Assembly (NCBI GenBank): GCA_964558375.1
Contig: CAZLCD010000001.1
Location: forward strand, 131,406-195,405
Origin: an uncultured Candidatus Saccharibacteria bacterium
GTDB lineage: Bacteria > Patescibacteriota > Minisyncoccia > Phycocordibacterales > PALSA-1337
Direction: 5' to 3'
DNA: 64,000 bases
In this document: positions 58,392 to 64,000 of the stretch, one piece after another
Layout: each line of letters begins with the position of its first letter
Position numbering within the stretch: the stretch's first letter is position 1
Notes under the pieces: model-generated
Database searches by the model: none
Seen by the model: only the letters and a program-made list of their open reading frames with translations
What the model was told of the DNA's origin: nothing
Position numbers and translations under genes: made by a program

Positions 58392-59024
58392 ATGGAGACT
58401 AAATTTCAAACATCGTTCATTCCAAAGAAACCTTTAATATCAGATCCAAAGATCAGGACTGGTGGAGGTAGAACTAGTATATTGATGTTAATCTCTATGC
58501 TGGTTTTTGTAGCTTCGGTTGCTGGAGCAGCTTATTCTTTCCTTTGGAAAGGTGTACTTATAGAGGCTCAAGAGGATTATAAGCTAAGATTAGCCGAAAA
58601 TGACAAAAGATTCGACACTACTCTCATTGAAAATCTCAAAAAAGCAAATATTAAAATAGACACTAGTAAGAAATTATTAAAAAATCACTTAGCCGTATCA
58701 GAAATTTTCGCTATTATCAGTGACCTTACTATCTCTGGGGTAAGGTTTACGAGCTTCGACTTTTCTGGTCCAGAAAAGGAGGGGGATGATATAAAAATAT
58801 CCATGAAAGGTATTGGTAATAGCTTCAATGATATCGCATTTCAATCCTTGGTCTTCGGAACTTCAGAGAAATACGGCACCAACAAAATTCTCAAAAACCC
58901 AATACTTTCTGACTTGGTGGTCGATACAAATGGCAAAGTCGGCTTTACATTTACCACAAGTGTAAAATCTGAAGACTTACTTTACGATAAAGCACTTGAA
59001 GCTTCTTTAAATTCTACCCAATAA
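58392..59024 (+). CDS. pilN: PilN-like bitopic inner-membrane protein
   Basis: Cytoplasmic N-tail, single TM, periplasmic domain; position after pilM. Confidence 0.5.
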   Translation: METKFQTSFIPKKPLISDPKIRTGGGRTSILMLISMLVFVASVAGAAYSFLWKGVLIEAQEDYKLRLAENDKRFDTTLIENLKKANIKIDTSKKLLKNHLAVSEIFAIISDLTISGVRFTSFDFSGPEKEGDDIKISMKGIGNSFNDIAFQSLVFGTSEKYGTNKILKNPILSDLVVDTNGKVGFTFTTSVKSEDLLYDKALEASLNSTQ

Positions 59025-59028
59025 CCAT

Positions 59029-59586
59029 ATGAACAAAAACGCTACACCTATAATACTTCTAATTCTCGCTATCGGTATTTACTTTACCTTTACTACAGGC
59101 AGGCTCGAAGAATTGAAGTCGATAAAGCTTGTCAATGCTGGATACGAAGAGGCACTTATAAATTCTGAGAAGCTCATAAAGGTTCGCGATACCGTGAGAG
59201 ATAATTACAATAAAATTGATCCTATTGATCGTACCAAGCTCGACAAAATGGTGCCAGACAATGTGGATAATGTACGTTTGATCATAGATGCAAACGGTAT
59301 TGCAGCCAGACGTGGGCTTTCTATAAAAAACGTAAAGACTAGCGCTACAAATATCCTATCAGGTGAAACTCCAGAGAGAGTGGAAGGTTTCAACTCAAAC
59401 CCTACGTTGGACACAGTCACTCTTTCATTTAGCGTCAATACAAGTTATCAAAATTTTATAAATCTACTCCGAGATATCGAAGCAAGTTTGCGAATCATGG
59501 ATGTTACAAAGATCACCTTGCAAACAGGTGAGGGACAGAACTATGATTACGGAGTAGAAATTAAAACATATTGGTTAAAACAATAG
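59029..59586 (+). CDS. pilO: PilO-like bitopic membrane protein
   Basis: N-terminal TM then coiled region; gene order. Confidence 0.45.
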   Translation: MNKNATPIILLILAIGIYFTFTTGRLEELKSIKLVNAGYEEALINSEKLIKVRDTVRDNYNKIDPIDRTKLDKMVPDNVDNVRLIIDANGIAARRGLSIKNVKTSATNILSGETPERVEGFNSNPTLDTVTLSFSVNTSYQNFINLLRDIEASLRIMDVTKITLQTGEGQNYDYGVEIKTYWLKQ

Positions 59587-59596
59587 TAAAAAATAT

Positions 59597-59917
59597 ATGA
59601 ATCAACCAAAATCAGGAACAAAAAGCACACTCATCTTTGTCGGTATAGCCGTCATCGGTTTGCTTATATATTTTTATAATCTAGGCAATGCTACAGATTC
59701 ATCTTTAAATTCTTTGGAGACTCAAGGTAGTCCAGAGTCTGTAGAGGCCTTGAATGATGGAGCAAGAGTACTTTCTCTTCTCAATCAAGTGAGCTCACTT
59801 CAGATCGACGGTTCGGTTTTTGAAACAGCAGCTTTTCGATCACTATTTGATTATTCTATAGAGATAGAACCAAGAAGTGTTGGTCGTCCAAATCCATTCG
59901 CCCCTATTTCGCAGTAG
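59597..59917 (+). CDS. Small TM protein (PilP-like position)
   Basis: Single TM, 106 aa; gene order. Confidence 0.3.
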   Translation: MNQPKSGTKSTLIFVGIAVIGLLIYFYNLGNATDSSLNSLETQGSPESVEALNDGARVLSLLNQVSSLQIDGSVFETAAFRSLFDYSIEIEPRSVGRPNPFAPISQ

Positions 59918-59928
59918 TTATAAAATAT

Positions 59929-61644
59929 ATGAGCATCATAGACATACTTTTAAGTAAAAATCTTATAAACAAAGATGATATCCGCGATTTGAGACGCGGT
60001 ATGGCTGAAGGCGATACTATAGACAAAGTTCTAATCGCCAAAGGAGTTCATCCAGAAGATATCTTGGCTGCACGCGGGGAGTTTTTAAATATTCCTACGA
60101 AGGTTATCGGAGATGCCAATGTTCCTTTTGAAGCACTAGACTATATTCCCGAAGAATCGGCAACGCATTATAAGTTTGTACCGATCGGTATAAAGGAAGG
60201 TGTGCTTGAGGTGGGTATTGTCGATCCAGACAATATAGAGGCTCGTGATGCACTAAACTTCATTGCCGCTAAAAATAATATTCCGTATAAGATATATATA
60301 ATAAATATAGATGACTTCAAAAGGGTTATAGATTTGTATAAGGGTATGGGTGGAGAGGTATCAAAAGCTTTGTCCGAACTAGAAAATGTTCTATCTGTAG
60401 ATCTCGAAGGAACCATTGATACAAAAAATGCAAAGTCTGAACCAAAGTCCGATGCCATAATCATCGAAGATGCACCAGTGGTCAAAATCGTGGCAACTAT
60501 TGTTCGCTATGCAACTGAAGGTAATGCTTCTGATGTGCACATAGAACATATGCGAGAGAAAATCCGCGTAAGATTCCGTGTAGATGGTGTATTAAACACA
60601 AGTTTGGTCCTACCGCCACAAGTTCATAGCTCGGTAGTAGCTCGTATCAAAGTTCTATCCAATATGAAACTCGATGAAAAGAGAAAGCCGCAAGACGGAC
60701 GTTTCTCTGCACGTATCGATGGTCGTAAGATCGACTTTCGAGTATCTACTTTTCCTGCTTTCTACGGTGAGAAGGTGGTGATGCGTATTCTTGATCAAGA
60801 AAAAGGTGTAAAGAAGCTTGATGATATGGGACTCACTCCAAAAAACTTGGCCTATGTAAAAGATGCTATTCAAAGACCTTATGGTCTCATTCTCATAACC
60901 GGTCCTACAGGTTCTGGAAAATCTACAACTCTTTATTCTATGTTAAATGAAGTGGATCGCGAAGGTTCAAATGTACTTTCTCTTGAAGATCCTATCGAAT
61001 ATAACATGGATGGTGTTAGTCAATCTCAAGTACGTCCTGAAATAGGTTATACATTTGCGTCCGGACTAAGAACAACATTGAGACAAGACCCGGATGTGAT
61101 CATGGTGGGAGAGATCCGAGATAAAGAGACTGCGCAGCTTGCTGTGCAAGCTGCGCTTACTGGCCACCTTGTGTTTTCGACTTTACATACGAACAATGCT
61201 GCCGGCGTCATCCCTCGTCTTATAGACATGGGTGTGGATCCTTTCCTCATCGCCCCAACTCTTATCTTGGCTGTGGCGCAGAGACTAGTGGGAACCTTGC
61301 CACCTGGAGCAGGTAAGCCTATACCAGTTGATGGAAGTATAAAGATGATGATAGACAAGCAATTCTCAGATCTGCCAGAACAGTACAAAGCCGATATACC
61401 ATTCTCTGATACTGTGTATGGTATCGCTCCGACGCCTGATTGTCCAAAGGGTACCAGAGGACGTATGGCTGTCTTTGAAGCTTTCAAAATGGATAAGGAA
61501 ATTGAAAGTGTGATTTTGAAAAATCCTACAGAACTTGAGATCAGTCGACTTCTCAGACAGAAAGGAATGCTCACTATGAAAGAGGATGCGATAATTAAAG
61601 CCTTCCAGAGAGTTGCACCATTTGAGGAAGTGAATAAACTCTAG
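59929..61644 (+). CDS. pilB: Second GspE/PilB-family pilus assembly ATPase
   Basis: Walker A GPTGSGKST, Asp/His boxes. Confidence 0.85.
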   Translation: MSIIDILLSKNLINKDDIRDLRRGMAEGDTIDKVLIAKGVHPEDILAARGEFLNIPTKVIGDANVPFEALDYIPEESATHYKFVPIGIKEGVLEVGIVDPDNIEARDALNFIAAKNNIPYKIYIINIDDFKRVIDLYKGMGGEVSKALSELENVLSVDLEGTIDTKNAKSEPKSDAIIIEDAPVVKIVATIVRYATEGNASDVHIEHMREKIRVRFRVDGVLNTSLVLPPQVHSSVVARIKVLSNMKLDEKRKPQDGRFSARIDGRKIDFRVSTFPAFYGEKVVMRILDQEKGVKKLDDMGLTPKNLAYVKDAIQRPYGLILITGPTGSGKSTTLYSMLNEVDREGSNVLSLEDPIEYNMDGVSQSQVRPEIGYTFASGLRTTLRQDPDVIMVGEIRDKETAQLAVQAALTGHLVFSTLHTNNAAGVIPRLIDMGVDPFLIAPTLILAVAQRLVGTLPPGAGKPIPVDGSIKMMIDKQFSDLPEQYKADIPFSDTVYGIAPTPDCPKGTRGRMAVFEAFKMDKEIESVILKNPTELEISRLLRQKGMLTMKEDAIIKAFQRVAPFEEVNKL

Positions 61645-61656
61645 TATAATTATCAT

Positions 61657-62058
61657 ATGGACACCATAAAAACTATTCTCTTTGTCGATGACGATAAGTT
61701 CTTACTAGATATGTATGCTTTGAAGTTTTCCAAAAATAATTTCAAAGTGAGCACCGCTACTTCTCCAGATGAGGCATTGAAAATCCTTCGAAGCGGGCTC
61801 AATCCAGATATTTTACTCCTCGATGTGGTGATGCCCGGCTTAGATGGAGTAGATCTACTGACTATTATCAGAAAAGAAAATTTGGCTAAAGGTAGTTTGG
61901 TTATCATGCTTACGAATCAAGGTTTACCGGACGATATAGCCAAGGCCAAGAAGCTCAATGTGGATAGTTATATTATAAAATCGACAACCGTTCCTTCCGA
62001 AGTTTTGGCTGAAGTTATAAAAAACTATGAAGCTCATCAAAAAAATAATTTAAAATAA
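61657..62058 (+). CDS. Single-domain response regulator (CheY/PilH-like)
   Basis: DD...D phospho-acceptor (LLLDVVMPGLDG), conserved T and K. Confidence 0.75.
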   Translation: MDTIKTILFVDDDKFLLDMYALKFSKNNFKVSTATSPDEALKILRSGLNPDILLLDVVMPGLDGVDLLTIIRKENLAKGSLVIMLTNQGLPDDIAKAKKLNVDSYIIKSTTVPSEVLAEVIKNYEAHQKNNLK

Positions 62059-62059
62059 T

Positions 62060-63118
62060 ATGGATTATACAAAAGAAATTGAAAAGCTTGTAAAGATAGT
62101 CATAGATGCTGGAGCCTCCGATCTCCATCTTTCTGATGATAGAATCCCAGCTATACGTGTGTCTAGTGCTCTCATTCCTCTTGTCAAAAATCCAAAGCTT
62201 ACACCTGTAGATATGCAGGGATTTCTCAATGTCTTTCTAAGTGAAGCCAATAAGATTTTGTTGGAAAAGGATAAAGATGTAGACTTTTCTTATAATCTTG
62301 TGGACAGTCGTTTCCGTGGCAATGCGTATTATCGTCAAGGAATGGTCTCTATTGCCCTTCGACTTATCCCAAAGAAAATCAGAACTTTGGCAGAATTGAA
62401 CCTTCCGCCGATTCTTGAATCTTTTACTAGAAAGCAGCAAGGATTCTTCTTGGTGGTTGGACCTATTGGTCAGGGAAAGTCCACAACCCTTGCTTCTCTG
62501 ATAGAGATGATTAATCAGACTAGAACAGAACATATCATGACTATCGAAGATCCTGTCGAATATCTTTATGAATCCAAAAAATCCATCATTGATCAAAGAG
62601 AGGTCAGAATAGACACTCCAGATTTCAAAGATGCTTTGATCTCCATGTTCAGACAAGATATAGATGTCTGTCTTGTGGGTGAGATGAGAGATATAGAAAC
62701 CATAGCCACAGCAGTGACGGCGGCAGAGACGGGGCACCTTGTGTTCTCTACTTTACATACAAACAATGCCGCTCAGACTATAAACCGTATCATAGATTCA
62801 TTCCCAGGTGGGCAGCAAGATCAGATCCGAGTACAGCTTGCTAGTAGTCTCACTGGAATCTTTTCACAGAGACTAGTACCGCGTATTTCTGGTGGACTGA
62901 TACCAGCTTATGAACTTCTTATAAACAACAGTGCTATCTCGAACCTCATCCGTGAAAAAAGAGTTCACGAGATCAACACGGTGATAGAGACAAGTTCTGG
63001 TGATGGTATGATAGATATGAACCGATCCTTGGCTGAGCTTGTAAGAACAGGACAGATCAGTGTGGAGAATGCATATCTGAATTCTAGTAATCCAAAGAAT
63101 TTGGAGAGAATGGTTTAA
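62060..63118 (+). CDS. pilT: Twitching-motility retraction ATPase PilT
   Basis: 352 aa, Walker A GPIGQGKSTT, His box, no N-terminal T2SSE_N. Confidence 0.85.
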   Translation: MDYTKEIEKLVKIVIDAGASDLHLSDDRIPAIRVSSALIPLVKNPKLTPVDMQGFLNVFLSEANKILLEKDKDVDFSYNLVDSRFRGNAYYRQGMVSIALRLIPKKIRTLAELNLPPILESFTRKQQGFFLVVGPIGQGKSTTLASLIEMINQTRTEHIMTIEDPVEYLYESKKSIIDQREVRIDTPDFKDALISMFRQDIDVCLVGEMRDIETIATAVTAAETGHLVFSTLHTNNAAQTINRIIDSFPGGQQDQIRVQLASSLTGIFSQRLVPRISGGLIPAYELLINNSAISNLIREKRVHEINTVIETSSGDGMIDMNRSLAELVRTGQISVENAYLNSSNPKNLERMV

Positions 63119-63136
63119 TTATTTAATTTTTAAAAT

Positions 63137-64000
63137 ATGTTATTTATTTATCAAGCAGTAGATCAAACAGGTGCACCGAAGAATGGATCCGTCGATGCTG
63201 TAAATGTCGATATCGCTATATCTTCGTTACAGAGAAGGGGATTCGTTATCACCTCTATACATGAAGAAGGAGAGAACAAGGGTATTCTTTCGATGAAAAT
63301 CTCTTGGCTTGAAAGAGTGTCGAACAAAGATGTGGTGATCTTGTCTAGACAACTAGCAACTCTTTTTGAAGCACAGATCTCTGCATTGCGTATCTTTAGA
63401 CTTCTGTCTTCAGAAACAGAAAATAAAGTTTTGGGAAGCAAGCTCCTTGTGATCGCTGATGATCTTCAGGCTGGAAGTCAGATCTCTGCGGCGCTAGCCA
63501 AACATCCAAAAGTCTTCTCGGACTTTTATGTGAGTATGGTAAAGGCAGGTGAAGAGTCTGGTAAGCTCAATGAAACCTTCGGCTACCTTGCGGACTACCT
63601 TGACCGCACTTATGAGCTTGTGTCCAAAGCGAAGGGTGCACTTATCTATCCTGCCTTCGTGGTTATGACCTTTATCACCGTTATGATCCTCATGTTCACT
63701 ATGGTTATTCCTAAAATCAGCTCTATTTTGGTGGAGTCTGGTCAAGAAATCCCTGTCTATACAAAAATCGTTCTAGGTATCAGTAATTTCTTTGTAAGCT
63801 ATGGCTTCGTCATTCTTGGTCTTACCGTAATTGGCGGTTTCTTTTTATTTAAATATATTCGTACTCCAGGTGGTAAGGAGGTTTTTGATAGAGTGAAGCT
63901 CAGCATCCCTTATATCAGTAGTTTGTTCAGAAAGCTTTATTGGTCTCGTATGGCAGACAATATGAACACCATGCTTGTCTCTGGTATACCTATCATCCGC
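63137..64000 (+). CDS. pilC: Second GspF/PilC-family platform protein (partial; runs off window end)
   Basis: Manual translation from ATG 63137: MLFIYQAVDQTG...GspF repeat and TM segments; no stop before window end. Confidence 0.7.
   Translation, partial: MLFIYQAVDQTGAPKNGSVDAVNVDIAISSLQRRGFVITSIHEEGENKGILSMKISWLERVSNKDVVILSRQLATLFEAQISALRIFRLLSSETENKVLGSKLLVIADDLQAGSQISAALAKHPKVFSDFYVSMVKAGEESGKLNETFGYLADYLDRTYELVSKAKGALIYPAFVVMTFITVMILMFTMVIPKISSILVESGQEIPVYTKIVLGISNFFVSYGFVILGLTVIGGFFLFKYIRTPGGKEVFDRVKLSIPYISSLFRKLYWSRMADNMNTMLVSGIPIIR

Noticed and set aside
1-64000. Search for CRISPR arrays, IS elements/transposases, integrases, rRNA genes
   Set aside because: No regularly spaced direct repeats, no transposase or recombinase-like ORFs and no rRNA-like segments were seen; GC-rich islets lack mobility genes, so no mobile_element feature is asserted.

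Overview
This window is a low-GC, AT-rich bacterial fragment with a compact gene set typical of a CPR/Patescibacteria-like reduced genome. That assignment is an inference from gene content and composition. It rests on short, tightly packed genes, no rpmD (L30) in the spc cluster, and abundant type IV pilus and competence genes. The core is a contiguous str–S10–spc ribosomal super-operon on the + strand, roughly 22.4–40.2 kb: rpsL, rpsG, fusA, tuf, rpsJ, rplC/D/W/B, rpsS, rplV, rpsC, rplP, rpmC, rpsQ, rplN/X/E, rpsN(Z), rpsH, rplF/R, rpsE, rplO, secY, adk, map, and then unusually ndk. A roughly 1 kb GC-rich foreign-looking insertion sits between rplE and rpsN, carrying a minus-strand ORF with its own terminator. 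Two separate type IV pilus / T2SS-like clusters are present. The first is pilB-pilC, a 599-aa prepilin-like protein and two further pseudopilins at 4.9–11.8 kb. The second is pilM-N-O, a small TM protein, pilB2, a CheY-like regulator, pilT and pilC2 at 57.2–64 kb, divergent from comFC. Competence and DNA-handling genes include a comEC that appears split (membrane part, then a degenerate MBL-like part), with sodA lying antisense between the two pieces. Others are recJ, rnhA, an apparently orphan MazF/PemK-like toxin, recG and ung. RNA genes are a tmRNA (ssrA) next to smpB, tRNA-Ile(UAU) and tRNA-Ser(GCU). The tRNA-Ser is followed by a second small GC-rich islet holding an ORF of atypical composition. 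Accessory content includes an 8-TM sensor histidine kinase next to a Cys-rich secreted mini-protein, a highly acidic repeat protein with a peptidoglycan-binding domain, TspO, a cardiolipin-synthase-like PLD, and a beta-CASP MBL nuclease. I found no CRISPR array, transposase or rRNA gene.
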